Positions 35,425-49,024 of a stretch of DNA of 64,000 bases are shown here, in pieces (within the stretch, counting starts at the first letter, position 1; every line of letters begins with the position of its first letter). The notes below the pieces were generated by a model. It was not told where the DNA came from. It searched no databases and saw only the letters and a program-made list of their open reading frames with translations. The translations under genes and the position numbers were made by a program. This DNA comes from Squalus acanthias (Eukaryota), in the NCBI GenBank assembly GCA_030390025.1, contig CM059432.1, positions 58,778,001 to 58,842,000 of the forward strand, in the 5' to 3' direction.

Positions 35425-37320
35425 CAGTTGCCTTGCAGATGTCAGCCTTGGCTCCGTGGTATCAGTGGTACCTTAGCCTAATTCTCATATCTCCTTCTGC
35501 ATGTGACTTGCCGTTACTCTACAACTTTGTTACTTTGGGATCTCTGTGCTACTGTTACTTCTGGGTAAAGAACTTTGGGTGTGCCCCAGAATTGGGCATT
35601 ATAAGTGAGGAGGGGAGAGGGTAAATGCAGCTGACTGCTTGGGGCAAGGTTGTTTAATAATGTCCCGAAGCGGAATTAAAGTAGTATCCAATTTGTGCTT
35701 AAGGGCGCAGTCATATTTCCAGAAAGACCGTTCCTTGCACCATCAGAGGTTTTTGAGGGTAGAGAGATGGATGCAAGATAACTCACTAATGGAAGACTTG
35801 CATTTTTCTGTTTTGTCTTGTATGTTTTTATACTAATAATTAAGTTAGTAATTATGTTTAATTATCAGATTTTGGTTTTAGTGCCAATTTGCTTTATAGA
35901 ACCATTTCCATTGAAGAGGCTCTAACCTAGCTTGCTGCTGACTATTTCCGTTTTATACTATAGGATGGTATCGGCATCTGTGAATAATTGCGTGTACAAT
36001 TATTGCACAAGGCCAGTTGGTGTAAAGTCCCATTCAGACTGGCACCTATTGTGATGTCTGGGGAAGATCAATACAGACCAGTGAATTGCTGGCTTCTACT
36101 GGTGGGATGAGAGGTGAGCCCACCTGCACCCGGACCCAACACCAAATATCTGTCCTACATGGCAACCAATGTTTGTTTATATTTGCCAGCAGTCAGATGT
36201 CAGAGACGCTGAGTAACATCCTGTCCCATGGCACTAGCTTTGCTTTGTTTACTCTACAGGGTTGCCTCTGATGGCATATTTACCATCTGAGGGTACTGTG
36301 TAAAGTAAATGGAGTAGTGTTGACTGGCCTAATTATGTAACACTAGGAAAAAGTTTGTAAATACTGCTCACTGTACTATGCAAATTTTCAGACTGAAAAA
36401 TATAGTGCATAGATAAAATGAGCGTGCAAATTTTGTACATTTAAGTTCCCCTGTAGGCTATCAACAAAATTGCAACTTTTTGCTCTCAGTACTTGGACTG
36501 CAGGTACTCATTTGGCAAACCACTTCATACATTTTCTAGACCCAGAAGAGTCTAAAGAGCCTATTTTGATCTTTTGGGCAAATTTTTAACATTCCAGTTG
36601 GTTTATGACGTAGAAGAAAATGTAATAGTTGCAACCATCCCTTGTTCTGCTGGAAACAATATGGATGTCAAATTCCTCTCTGGTTAACCTCTTAAAATTA
36701 ACTTGTCATTTATTTTTCTCCCTTTCTCCCCTCTCCTTGCAATCCCCCTCTCTCCTCAAAAGAGCCTTTTTTCAAAATTAAAATCTTCTCACTTATTCCG
36801 AGGTCTGCTCCATTCCAGAGTGATGTAAACAGCAGTTAAGTATACGGGTGTCAGGTAATGGACAATTTCTCCCCCGTATACAAAGGTTGAGTAGAGCAGT
36901 ATTTCCAAGTATTTGTCCAGTGGACTTATCTGGATATAGCATATAACTGAGTTAGTTTTGTGGGTCTACCAAGTGATTTTACTTTTGAGTAAATCAGTGT
37001 GTTTTAAATTAAAAAAAATAAAAAAAATTCTTCAACCTTGGCTTAGTAGTAGCGCTTTCGCCTCTGCATCAGAAAGTTGTAGGGTCAAACCCCACTTCAG
37101 AACTCGAGCACATAATCTGGGCTGAGGTGCTGTCTGCCCTCTCCAGGTGGATGTAAAATATCCCATGGAACTATTGGAAGAGATGGGGTCTTTTCCCAAC
37201 GTACTGGCTCGCACAATCCCTCAACCAACACCACTGAAACAGATTAGTACATCATTTATTTCATTGCTGTTTCTGGGACCTTGCTGTTGGCAAATTGCCT
37301 GCCACACTTTACCTACATTA

Positions 37321-38256
37321 TGGGCTGTATTTTGCGACCCCTACAGGTGCGTACGAGGTGCGCATGCGCCTGTAGGGGCCGCGCAAGTTCCGGGTTTAGG
37401 CATGCGAAGCGCATGCGCTAAAACCCGGCACTTGTGATCTGTCAAGAATCTTCTTGACTGATCATCCGCATCCCCAGGAAAATGGCCTCTGCGGGTGGAG
37501 AGTTGTGTTTTTTGCCCAACTTCCGCCCGCTGAAAGACCGTGTAATTCTTAGGATGTTCAGTGTGATAGGAGCCTCTGAATGGCTGGCTAAGTTATGTGT
37601 GCTATTTTAGTACCTGGTAACGACTAAAACTCTCCGGAAAGGGTTTGGGGAGAAGTAACAAATTGGGTAAAGAGGAGTAAAAGGAAATGTTTTTTGATCC
37701 GATACAATTTCTCTTGTAGAAGATATTCAGCACTCAGTAAGCAGTAGTTGGGACATAAGGCCTGCTTTTACCAGCATAAGAGTTTTAAAAAAATAGAAAA
37801 ATAAAATTTTATCACTCACTTATACATTAAAAACCGTGTCCAATAAGGTAAGTTTATTTTTAGCCCCGTTAAAACATATTAAAAAAAAAAATCAAAATTT
37901 AATTTTTGTTTAAAATATTTAATTAAATGCCATTTTAATTAATTTGATGTGTAATTTAAAAAAAAAAAAATTATTTCATGTGTTCGTATTTTTAAGTTAT
38001 CCCCATGTACGTACGGAACTCCCATAAGTATGAATGGGGATTCCCTTCTTTCATTGGTTGGGCTGGCCCACGTGATCCCAGGGATGCTTGCAAACTGCAA
38101 GCGCCCCTGTGATACGTGGGATTCTACGCATTTCTACCAGGAGGGGCCCAGGATTGCAAGCCTCCGTATCTCCTGTACTACCAGGTAAATACATAGAAAA
38201 TTTGATGATCGGAGGCATCCGCCCACGGGAAGCCTCCGATTGCAAATTCAGGCCCA
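37321..38256 (+). mobile_element. Harbinger-type MITE family A carrying a copy of nearby flanking DNA
   Basis: Termini TGGGCTGTATTTTGC and GCAAATTCAGGCCCA, flanked by TTA; homologous to 3019-3762. Confidence 0.85.
37551..37755 (+). repeat. Dispersed duplication of 38371-38577
   Basis: AGGATGTTCAGTGTGATAGG...GCAGTAGTTGGGACA occurs twice with few differences. Confidence 0.97.
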
Positions 38257-39305
38257 TTAACTGCGACTACAATTCAAAAGTACTTCATTGGCTGTGAAGT
38301 GCTTTTGGATGTCCTGAGGTCGTGAATGGATTTCTTTCTCCTGGTTGATGGCAATGCTGGCAGAGTGGATAGGATGTTCAGTGTGATAGGGGCCTCCTGA
38401 ATGGCTGGTTAAGTTATGTGTGCTATTTTAGCATCTGGTAAAGACTAAAACTCTCACGGAAAGGGTTTGGGGAGAAGTAACAAATTGGGTAAAGAGGAGC
38501 AAAAGGAAATGTTTTTTGATCCGATACAATTTCTCTTGTAGAAGATATTCAGCACTCAGTAAGCAGTAGTTGGGACAGACCACTAAGGCTGGAATAGGTT
38601 TGGGAGTATTTTAAGATGGAGGAAGATTCTACATTCTCCCTTCAAGTTTAAGAATAGGGTGGAGGTGAGAACTCTTGTGATTCTAGCTAAGCATGTATGA
38701 CAAATCAGATAAAGAATGGGAACAGCTAAGGTAATCGAGTAGTTTGTTTGCTAGTCCATTTTTATTTATGGGCTGCTGGAAGGAAGTGTTGGCAACCTAT
38801 TGGGAGGGAGAACAAGGCAGGCAATCTGGTAGTCAACCTTATGGGGAAAAATATAGGATTAAAGCATTGATTCCATGATGGAGTGTCTGTTTTTCGTGCT
38901 TGCCCTCCCTTCGCATCCCCCTCCCCCCTTCGCTCCTCCCTCCTTCGCTCCTCCCCCACCTTCGCGCTGTCTATTGGGCTGATGTATTTAATAAGACTAG
39001 TGACTGCTGAGGAACTCGGTTTGAAAGGCTAGGGTTTGAGGTATTGGACTGGGAAAACCTTGGGGATGTTGAAAGACCTGTACTGCTGTGTATAGTAAAA
39101 TAAATGACAAAGATGGTCTATACCCTAGACTGGTGTGATGTATGGGTCAGCGCTGTTAAAATGGCTATGCAAGAAAAATGAATTATTGCTTCTCTGACCA
39201 TATACGGAATAAAGATGAAAACATTTATTATTAATCCGATATACTATAATGCAAAAGTAGTTTGTTAAAGCATGTTCCTGATGTGCTGCTTTTCTTTCTT
39301 TTCAG

Positions 39306-39443
39306 TAAGAACAACCCTCCCTCAATACCAAGGAGTGCTGATAAAGAGGAGAACCCTGCTGCTCTAGCAGAGAGTTGTTTTCGGGAACTGCTGGGTCGCG
39401 CGGCCTATGGTAACATGAACAATGCCATCAGACCTGTACTAGT
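39306..39443 (+). CDS. EFR3A: EFR3A internal coding exon (KNNPPSIPRSADKEENPAALAESCFRELLGRAAYGNMNNAIRPVL-V)
   Basis: Pyrimidine tract then ttcag|T, donor GT|gtaagt; 138 nt; DKEENPA and GNMNNA motifs. Confidence 0.96.
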
Positions 39444-39629
39444 GTAAGTCAAAAATAATGTTTTGGGTGTTGTCACTTTTTGGGATGTTTGAATATTTCT
39501 CCACAGGAAGAATTTAGGATAAAAAAAATTGCATTCACTTTTTATTTTAAAAATACATTGAGACAAAAGGTCGCTTGTCCCCTCTTCCCTCATTCACCCT
39601 TCTCTTTTTGTCTCTCTCTTCCTCCCTAA

Positions 39630-40130
39630 AAGAAAAATGGGTGGGTTGGGGGCATGTGGGTATTTAGTGTAAAAAAAAAATGGGAATCCCGACCTGAACC
39701 CGCCTGCAACCCATCCACTTCCGGTTTTAATGGAGGCGGGCAGCCAATCCGCTGCCAAGAGGCAGGCCGTCTCTTTAAATATTATAATGAGGCTGGAAGC
39801 CTCTGCTTTAACCTCCATTTTGTATTTAACTTTAGCTGGTCGGGTTTTGCACGCCTCGTGCAAATGCAAGGCGCGGGCTGCTGGGTCCAGGAGGTAAGTG
39901 CCTTTACACTTGCCTCCAGGGTCCCTGCCTCACCCCGTGCTCCTCCAGGCTTGCAATCTCTGCCCCTCGTCCATGGTCTCCCAGGCCCGTGATCTCTGCC
40001 TCTTCCCTGCTTGGTGCTCCTCCAGGCTTGGGATCTACTCGCGATTCTTCTCTCTCCTCCGCCTTCTCTCTCCCCCCCCCCCCCCCCCCCGTGCTCCTCC
40101 AGACCCACGATCGTCTTGGGATTGGCCTCC
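39630..40130 (+). mobile_element. Harbinger-type element arm, truncated
   Basis: GC-rich arm (cccgacctgaacccgcctgc...) resembles the left arm of 28486-30133; contains GAG|GTAAGT donor near 39894; boundaries approximate. Confidence 0.5.
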
Positions 40131-40139
40131 AACAACCAC

Positions 40140-41288
40140 AAACATCCTCCTTTGTGCTAGGTATGACTCCAGCCAGTGCAGACCCCCCCCCCCCCCCCCC
40201 CTGGATTCCCATTGACTTCAAAGTTACTAGTTCTCCTTGGTGCCACACTCGTTCCAATGCTGCCTTGATGTCAAGGGCTGTCACTCTCTCCTCACCTAGA
40301 ATTCAGCTCTTTTGTCCATGTTTGGACCAAGGCTGTAATGAGGTCTGGAGCCGCGTGGCCCTGGTGGAACCCAAGCTGAACATCAGTGAGTAAGTGCCGC
40401 TTGATAGCGCTGTCGACGACACCTTCCATCACTTTGCTAGTGTTTAAGAGTAGACTGATGGGGTGGTAATTGGCTGGATTGAATTTGTCTTGCTTTTTGT
40501 GGACAGGACATACCTGGGCAGTTTTCCACATTGTCTGGTAGATGCCAGTTTTGTAGCTGTACTGAACCAGCTTGGCTAGAGGCGCGGCTAGTTCTGGAAC
40601 ACAAGTCTTCAGCATGACAGCTGGGATGTTGTCGGGGCCCACAGACTTTGCTGTATCCAGTGCGCTCAGCTGTTTCTTGATATTGCGTGGAGTGAATTGA
40701 ATTGGCTGAAGACTGGCTTCTGTGATGATGGGGACCTCGGGAGTAGGCAGAGATGGATCATCCACTCTGCACTTGTGGCTGAAGATGGTTGCGAACACTT
40801 CAGCCTTGTCTTTTGCACTCGTACTGGGCTCCACCATCATTGAAGATGGGAATGTTCGTGGAGCCTTCTCGTTAGTTGTTTAATTGTCCACCATTCACGA
40901 CTGGATGTGGCTGGACTGCAGAGTTTTGATCTGATCTGTTGGTTGTGGGATCGCTTACCTCTGTCTAAAGCATGCTGTTTCTGCTGTTTAGCATGCATGT
41001 GGTCCTGTGTTGTAGCTTCACCAGGTTGGCACTTCATTTCTAGGTGCACCTGGTGTTGCTCCTGGCATGCTCTTCTGCACTCCTTATTGAACCAGGACTT
41101 CTCCCCTGGCTTGATGGTAATGGTAGAGAGAGGGATATGCCTGGCCATAAGGTTACAGATTGTGGTGGAATACAATTCTGCTGCTGCCGATGGCCCACAG
41201 CGCCTCATGGATGCCCAGTTTTGAGCTGCTAAGTTCTGTTCTGAATCTATCCCATTTAGCACGGTGGTAGTGCCACACAACACAATGA
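40140..41288 (-). mobile_element. Non-CR1 LINE ORF2 fragment (RTEX-like)
   Basis: Minus ORFs SKLCSPATSSREWW, SAKDKAEVFA..GPDNIPA..KFNPANYHPISLL, ALDIKAALERVWH; clade name is an inference. Confidence 0.85.
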
Positions 41289-42394
41289 TCTAGCTCTTTA
41301 ACTATGAAAGGTTCAAATTTTCTTTAAATTTCATTAGCTGATTGAAAGTAACAGCCAATTAAAAAGGAATGATGAGCAAGCTCATGACATTTAAGTTGTT
41401 ACAAGTCTGAGCAGCTTATTCAAGCTGCAGGACAAGGTTAGCTGGAACTGGTGCTTTAATCTGAAATGTTTGTTCATGTTGCGTCAAAGGTAAAGCCAGA
41501 TGAAAGAGTTGTATTAGTGCGTTCTGCATAGCCTATTACAGTCCTAGCACTGCTATGAAGTGCTAATTTCTTTATTTAAAACCTGCACTGCATGTAATGA
41601 AACAACATACCCAGTATTATGCTGTATATAAATCAAAGAAGCTGGCACCTTTTCATAATTAAATTTGTGAAAATATATATCTTTCATGTTTTATTCAGTT
41701 TCCACCTGATCTTGCTTGAATTGTAAAATTACTTAAAACAAATACATTTTATGCACAATTTATTGATGCTGAAGTACTTTGGAAACCAGACAGCTATTAA
41801 AATGTATACTCTTCACAATATTGCTGAATATTTTACTTTAAAATAAACCATAAAGAATGGAGTGTTTACATACCTTAAAAACTATGCCCTGGAGTTTCCT
41901 GGAATGTATCGGCGTGCATATGATGCAACAGCGAAGTTGCGCCATTGTTTTTTGAGGACAGTCATGTGTAACTGATTTATATCTGTTTACGCCGATACAT
42001 CTCTACGTGCAAATTTCCTCAATTGTTTCTGTTGCTTCTGAGATACCTCGGCTGAAACCCTCTGCCCCTGTGCAAGAGATCAACCAGTAGAGTTTCCTGG
42101 AATTGTGTGAATAATGTGTTGCCGCAGATTTACGTCCACAAATTTGGGCGTAGCACACCCCAAAGTTTTTGTTTCCTTGATCTCTGTATTTATACATCCC
42201 TCCTTCCACTATATTACAACTACTGTATCTAGAGGTCTGTAGCCAGCTCTTACTGGAGTCTTAGATCCTTTGCTGTTCCTTAACTCTACCGATAGTGTTT
42301 CACAGCCCGATCACCCTTTCTGAAATGCCGCCTTTCTACTGTAGTAATTGTGTCTTTTATCAGTATTGCTACTCTCTCTGCTTTCCCAATGTTA

Positions 42395-43325
42395 GGGTTG
42401 ATTAGGATAGTGTGGTTGATTTGTATATAGACTTTCAAAAGGCGTTTGATAAAGTACCACATAATAGACTCATATTAGCAAAATTGAAGCCGTGGGATCA
42501 ATGGGGTAGTAGCAGCTGTGTGGATAAAAAAATTGTCTAAGGGACAGAAAGCAGAGATTAGTGGTGAGCGGTTGTTTTTCAGACTGGAGGGAAGTGTGCA
42601 GTAGTAACCCCCAGGGGTCAATGTTGGGACAACTGCTCTTTGTGATGTGTATATAAATGACCTGAACTTGGGTATACAGACTCGGAAATGTAGTAAACAG
42701 TGAGGAGGATAGTAACAGACTTCTGGAGGACTTTGGTGAAATGGGCAGACACATGGCAGATGAAATTTAACCGAGAAGTGTGACGTGATTTATTTTGGTA
42801 GAAAGAATGTGGAGAGGCAATATAAACTAAATGGTAAGATGTCAAGGCCTTAGAGAGGGTGCAGAGGAGATTTACTAGAATGGTACCAGGGATGCAGGAC
42901 TTCAGTTACATGGACAGACTAAAGAAGCTTGGATTGTTTTCCTTAGAACAGAGAAGGTTATGGGGAGATTTAATAGAGGTGTTCAAAATCACGAAGTGTT
43001 TTGATAGCATAAATAAGGAGAAACTGTTTGCAGTGGCAGAAGGGTCAGTAACCAGAGGACACAGATTTAAGGTAATTGGCAAAAGAACCAAAGGCAACAC
43101 AAGTAAAACATTTTTTACACAGTGAGTTGTTATGATCTGAAATGCACACAGCCTGCCTGAGAGTGTTGGAAGCAGATTCAATAATAACTTTCAAAAGGGA
43201 ATTGGATAAATACTTGAAGGGGACAGATTTACAGGTCTATGGGGAAGGAGCAGGGGAGTGGGACTAATTGGATAGCTCTTTCAAAGAGCCAGTACAGGCG
43301 CAATGGGCTGAATGGCCTCCTGTGC
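42395..43325 (+). mobile_element. Deleted CR1 3' fragment
   Basis: DFQKAFDKVPH motif; QRRFTRMVPGM ORF 42859-43125; CR1 3' UTR. Confidence 0.9.
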
Positions 43326-43329
43326 TCTC

Positions 43330-44236
43330 GACCCCTCCATGGTGTCTAAATTGTCAGACTGCTTGTCTGACATACAGTTCTGGATGAGCAAAAATTTTCT
43401 CCCATTAAATATTGGGCCATTGTTTCCGGTCCCCGTCACAAACTCCGTTCCCTAGCCACTGTCTCCATCCCTCTCCCTAACATCTGTCTGAGGCTGAACC
43501 ACACTGTTCGCAACCTTGGTGTCATATTCGACCCTGAAATAAGCTTCTGACCACACATCCACAGCATAACAAAGACCGCCTACTTCCACCTCCGTAACAT
43601 CGCCCGTCTCCGCCCTTGCCTCAGCTCATCCGCTGCTGAAACCCTCATCCATGCCTTTGTTACCTCTAGACTTGACTATTCCAACGCACTCCTGGCTGGT
43701 CTCCCACATTCCACCCTACGTATACTTGAGGTCATCCAAAACTCGGCTGCCCGTGTCCTAACTCACACCAAGTCCCTTTCACCTATCACCTCTGCTCGCT
43801 GACCTACATTTGGCTCCTGGTTAAGCAGCGCCTCGATTTCAAAATTATCATCCTTGTTTTCAAATCCCTCTATGGCCTCCCCCCTCTCTATCTCTCTCAT
43901 CTCCTTCAGCCCCACAACACCCCGAGATATCTGTGCTCCTCTAATTCTGACCTCTTGAGGATCCCTGATTATAATCGCTCAACCTTTGGTGGCTGTGCCT
44001 TCTGTTGCCTAGGCCCTAAGCTCTGGAATTCCCTGCCTAAACCTGTCCGCCTCGCTACCTCTCTTTCCTCCTTTAAGACGCTCCTTAAAACCTACCTCTT
44101 TGACCAAGCTTTTGGTCACCTGCCGTAATTTATCCTTATGTGGATCGGTGTCAAATTTTTTGTCTTAAAATACTCCTGTGCAGCGCCTTGGGACGTTTTA
44201 CTACGTTAAAGGTGCTATAAAAATACAAGTTGTTGT
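43330..44236 (+). mobile_element. L2 LINE 3' fragment
   Basis: VRNLGVIFD..TAYFHLRNIARLRP..IHAFVTSRLDYSNALLAG..IQNSAARVL; 3' end gcgccttgggacgtttt...aatacaagttgttgt. Confidence 0.92.
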
Positions 44237-46604
44237 ATCATTCTAGGATTCTAATTTCTCTGTCCATTCTAAAGATCCAATAGCCTGGAATATTTAGCTC
44301 CCAATTGTGCTCAGGTTGTTTCCAGGGGTCTCTAATGGCTACTACATCATACCCTTGAAGCTGAATTTGTGCTTCTTATTCACTTGTTTTATTTCTTACG
44401 CTACATGCATTCGTGCACAGAACTCTTATCTGGTCACCTCTCCCCATTCTACTCGTGTGTCCTGCTCGTCTTTTTTTTCACACTTTTTGACACTGGATTT
44501 CCCCTCAAATGAGTATAGGAAAATGAACTATGCCAGAAATTTGAGCGTTGGTTCCGGTTGACAAGGTTGGCGCAGAAACGGTGGTAAATTTTCGTAGGGA
44601 ATTCCAGCCCAATCCGTTCTTATACTATGTCAATTTTACGCACTCTCCACTTTAGCCAAAACAACTTGTTTGTGAAGATGTTGCCAGTAGCCAATTGATT
44701 CAGAGAAATAACTTGCATGTATCATGTCCTATGGACATTCCAAAATACTTCATGGCTAATGAACTGTTTTTTTGAAGTTCAGCCACTGTTCTGTAGGCCT
44801 ACATGGCAGCTATTTCCAATTCAAAGGGCAATTCAATGATCCAAATAGTGCACTAATGGTGTTATCCGGCAGTAAGGTGATTTGTATGCTTCATAGTTTA
44901 TCTAGTTTCCATCATGGTCATTTAAAATGAGTGAAAAGTTAATATTTAAGCATATTTTAATTTTTCTTCCAGAAGTGCAAGTAGGATAGCTCTGGATCTA
45001 GCAAAAGAGAAGTCACCCAGGGGAGCTAAAATGTTTCACCACTGGACCTTCAAAGACATCACTCATTGTAATCTAAATAAAGGTGGGAATGACAGCATAA
45101 GTGGGTAGATTGAGTGAAATTTAGACCATGTTGAGGAAAAAAAAGTCTGGATGAGGAGGCTAGGACCTTACTTGGTTGTAGATTTGAAACTTTAGATGGA
45201 TTTGCCCCATCCCCCTCATCCCTGTTTTTTGATATCTAATGTCTTATCCTAAACCAACCACCTCCAACCTTTACTCCCAGTTACTGTGCATTCAAAGTGT
45301 TGGCTTTTGAGCAGGTAAGAACTAGAATTGGCCAGATTTTTTAGTGAATCTGAAGGTGGCTGTCATTTGATAGCTATGGTTGATGAGTTTATATTCTGCC
45401 TTGGTGAGGGTACTGTAGCCATTGAGCTTCTCAGTCAATCTGAGCCATCTAAACATCAGACATTCGCATTGAAGAAACATTTTTAGAGCTTCCAGCTTCA
45501 GTTGGAACATTTCACATTGATTTATGGTTAACTCTTCCATAGTGCTGTACAACATGTGCACAAGGTGATTTATTTTGGGTGTCCCTTTTTTGAATAATTG
45601 ACTCTAGCATCAGAAACTAGTGAGCAGTTAATCATTTATGTCCGAACACGCGGTGGATGCTTGGGAGTAGTGTTAATAATCTGTTACCAAGGAAATGCTT
45701 GTGCTGTATGGCTGTTGCAATGCATTCTGTCTGGTCATAAAAAAAACTGAAAATTTGATCTTGTCAGCAAAATGTTTGTTCAGTAAATAATCCAAACTAC
45801 AGTGAGGGGCCTTTTGGTTGAAACCTGAATATAAAATATAAATGACAAGGAAAAAAACTGCAAAAATAAAATCTGTAAATACGGAAGCAGTAAATGCTGG
45901 AAATACAGTTACCCTTTCGGTATGACGATTGATTGAAGGGTCCTTATCTAAAATGTTAACCCATCTTTTCTGTTTTTATATGCCGGAGGAACTGGTATGT
46001 TTCCATCATTTTATGTTATGTAGAATAGGATTGTTGCACTACTTCAATTTATCAAGTCACGTTGAAAGTAAAAGCATGATAAAATAAGCAGGTATTTAAG
46101 AATCTTAAGTTTTATTTTAAATGGGAATATTTTAAATAACTCCTGTAGCTTGACTGAAGCTTTTGGATTCAGTCACAAATCTCTGATCATCTTTCATTTG
46201 TGGCCTGTTATAAAAGCTATCAATATGGCATGGACATAATTGTTTGCAGTCTAGTCTTTAGCCTGCACACCCCTTTTGAGAAAGGAAAATAATGACTTAC
46301 CAAGTCCCAGATATTAACATGACACATTTTCAACTCATGAGCTGATCTTTGGTACAGGGCCTTGTGATGATGGCTACTATTTGCTTTCTTTCAGAATGTC
46401 TGTAGTCAAGTGAAGTTCTGCAGTATTAATGGACTGTTTACTATCCCAAGGAATTGGGGGTTGTGGATAGATGAAAATAATTGGCCTATGATATTAATGT
46501 GCATTTCCTTATGTATTGAAATTGTAAACAACATAGATATGAAATAGTCTATATTTTACAAAATATAGATGGGAATAAATGGGTCGGATGTATTTCCTTT
46601 TAAA

Positions 46605-47135
46605 TTCGTGATGATGAACAACCAGGCATCTAACAGGAGGAGGTAGTTCCATGAACATCCCCATCCTCAACCATGGTGGAGCCCAGCACGTGAGTGCGAG
46701 AGATGAGGCTGAAGTGTTTGCAAGTGCCTCAATCAAACGTTGCAAGGGGATAATCCTACTCTACCCAATCCTGAGGTCCCCACCACCATAGATACCAGCA
46801 TCAAGCCAGTTTGATTCACGCCACGCGACATGAAGTGCCTGAACGCACTAGATGCAGCGAAGGCTGCAGGCCATGAGGATATCCTAGTTGAAGTACTAAA
46901 GACGTGTACACCAGAGTTATCTGGTTCCTAACCTAGCTGTTCCAGTGCAGCTATGGCAGTGGCATCTACCTGACAATGTGGAAGATTACCTAGGCATGTC
47001 CTATCCAAAAAAAAAACCAGCATAAATGTAACCTGGCCATTACTGCCTATTAGCCTCCTCCCAATCGGTGATGAAAAGAGTCATCAATAGTGTTATCAAG
47101 TGACACCAACTCACCAGTAACCTTCTCACTGATGT
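46605..47135 (+). mobile_element. Older RTEX-like LINE fragment
   Basis: Homologous to 40400-40900 in the opposite orientation. Confidence 0.8.
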
Positions 47136-47407
47136 TCGGGTTATGAGAATGATGTTTTAACAATTGCACTGCTAGAAACTGTAGAGCAAAATGGGAGCAG
47201 TCGAGTAGATTAAACATTGCTGATGCATTCTGAGAAATTGTGCATACTGCACATACTCTGACTGCAGGATCTGTCTTTAACTGCTGCAGAGTTCCTCAGC
47301 GCCGCCCTCCACCCCCACCCCCCAACACATTTTTGCATGGGTATATATAATGTTTTTGTAATAAAAATCAGTGCATCTCTGTTTAAAGATTTTTTTTAGA
47401 AGTATAA

Positions 47408-48226
47408 AGTTTTTTTTTGTTCGTTCATGGGATCTGGGCGTCGCTGGCAAGGCCAGCATTTATTGCCCATCCCTAGTTGCCCTTGAACCTCTGCAGTCCG
47501 TGTGGTGAAGGTACTCCCACAGTGCTGTTAGGTAGGGAGTTCCAGGATTTTGACCCAGCGACGATGAAGGATCGGCGATATACTTCCAAGTCATGATGGT
47601 GTATTACTTGGAGGGGAACTTGGAGGTGATGGTGTTCCCATGCGCCTGCTGCCCTTGTCCTTCTAGGTGGAAGAGGTCGCGGGTTTGGGAGGTGCTGCCG
47701 AAGAAGCCTTGGCGAGTTGCTGCAATGCATCTTGTAGAGGGTACACACTGCAGCCATGGTACGCCGGTGGTGGAGGGAGTGAATGTTTAAGATGGTGGAT
47801 GGGGTGCCAATCAAGTGGGCTGCTTTGTCCTGGATGGTGTCGAGCTTCTTCAGTGTTGTTGGAGCTGCACTCATCCAGGCAAGTGGAGAGTATTCCATCA
47901 CACTCCTTACTTGTGCCTTGTAGATGGTGGAAAGGCTTTGAGGAGTCAGGAGGTGAGACACTCGCTGCAGAATACCTAACCTCTGACCTGCTCTTGTTGC
48001 CACAGTATTTATGTGGCTGGTCCAGTTAAGCTTCTGGTCAATGGTGACCCCCAGGATATTGATAGTGGGGATTCGGCGATGGTAATGCCATTGAATGTCA
48101 AGGGGCGGTGGTTAGACTCTCGCTTGTTGGAGATGGTCATTGCCTGGCACTTCTGTGGTGTGAATGTTACCTGCCACTTATCAGCCCAAGTCGGAACGTC
48201 ATCCAGGTCTTGCTGCATGCGGGCAT
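47408..48226 (-). mobile_element. RTEX-like LINE 3' end
   Basis: ORF 47473-48003 (LSTIYKAQVRSVMEYSPLAW), 3' end cccatgaacgaacaaaaaaaa. Confidence 0.88.
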
Positions 48227-48945
48227 ATACCATCAACAGCTTGTAAGTGAGAGGAGATTGTGGGATGAGGGAGAAGTGGGAAGTGAGAAGAAGGATTAGG
48301 AATGACCATGCCGTTGTTGTCCCCAAGGGCTTCAACATCGCCCTTTGCCACAGTCTCGGTGACTTCCCCTCCAATGTTAAGCACCGTCTCCTCCAGTTGT
48401 CTCAATTTCTCTAAATATGAATTATTTTTTAAATGACAAAGGAAATATTTTTAAGCAACACCACTTGAAGGATATTACACTTGTGACCACAAAGCTGCAC
48501 ATTTTGCATTGCTGACTTCTACAGTCTTTCACCAACATTGAGAAAGGTCCAATGTCAGAAATGCAGTTTGCTTTACTGTTGTTTGTAGTGAAGCCTTGGT
48601 GAATTCAGAGCACCAGCAGCCTTGACCCATTGCAGAACAGCCAGTCGAAGTGGTTCTGTGATCTAAAAATATACTTTGCTTTCTTTTTTATTGCATTGAT
48701 TGTGATGTTGGACTTAGTACTGTTAAAGCCCTGTTTTCCCTTCCTCCTCAAAATAAGTTAGCAGGAGGTATTAAAGGATGCAATGTAAATGGTACCAATA
48801 TTAAAGTATCCAAACTAAAAATTTTCTTCTAATTTATGCTTATTTATGCTGAATGGATTATATATATATTATAACAGTAGAGTTATTACTTTCCTACTAG
48901 ACTCTGAAATGTATCTTAATTGAGTCTTTTTTATTACATTTGCAG

Positions 48946-49024
48946 GCATTTAGACAACCATCAGCTCTGGGACCCAAATGAGTTTGCTGTTTCCTGCTTT
49001 AAAATTACAATGTATTCTATACAG
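48946..49024 (+). CDS. EFR3A: EFR3A internal coding exon (HLDNHQLWDPNEFAVSCFKITMYSIQ)
   Basis: Acceptor ttgcag|G, donor CAG|gtgagt; 79 nt, restores phase 0. Confidence 0.96.

Larger units (their letters stand above)
37033..38340 (+). mobile_element. tRNA-headed Deu-domain SINE (SacSINE1-like) split by a MITE
   Basis: A/B-box-like head tggcttagtagtagc...gggtcaaacccc, core caggtggatgtaaaatatcccatgg; body resumes at 38257 with gactacaattcaaaagtacttcattggctg. Confidence 0.75.
41886..44610. mobile_element. Probable Harbinger-type element expanded by nested CR1 and L2
   Basis: Termini GCCCTGGAGTTTCCT and GGGCTGGAATTCCCT (reverse complement), flanks TAT and AAT, subterminal repeats of the terminus. 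Confidence 0.45.

Noticed and set aside
48228..48405. Captured host-gene fragment (LRQLEETVLNIGGEVTETVAKG) at a LINE 5' end
   Set aside because: More likely a piece of a Harbinger Myb-ORF (LxxLEExVLxI motif); no host protein recognised.
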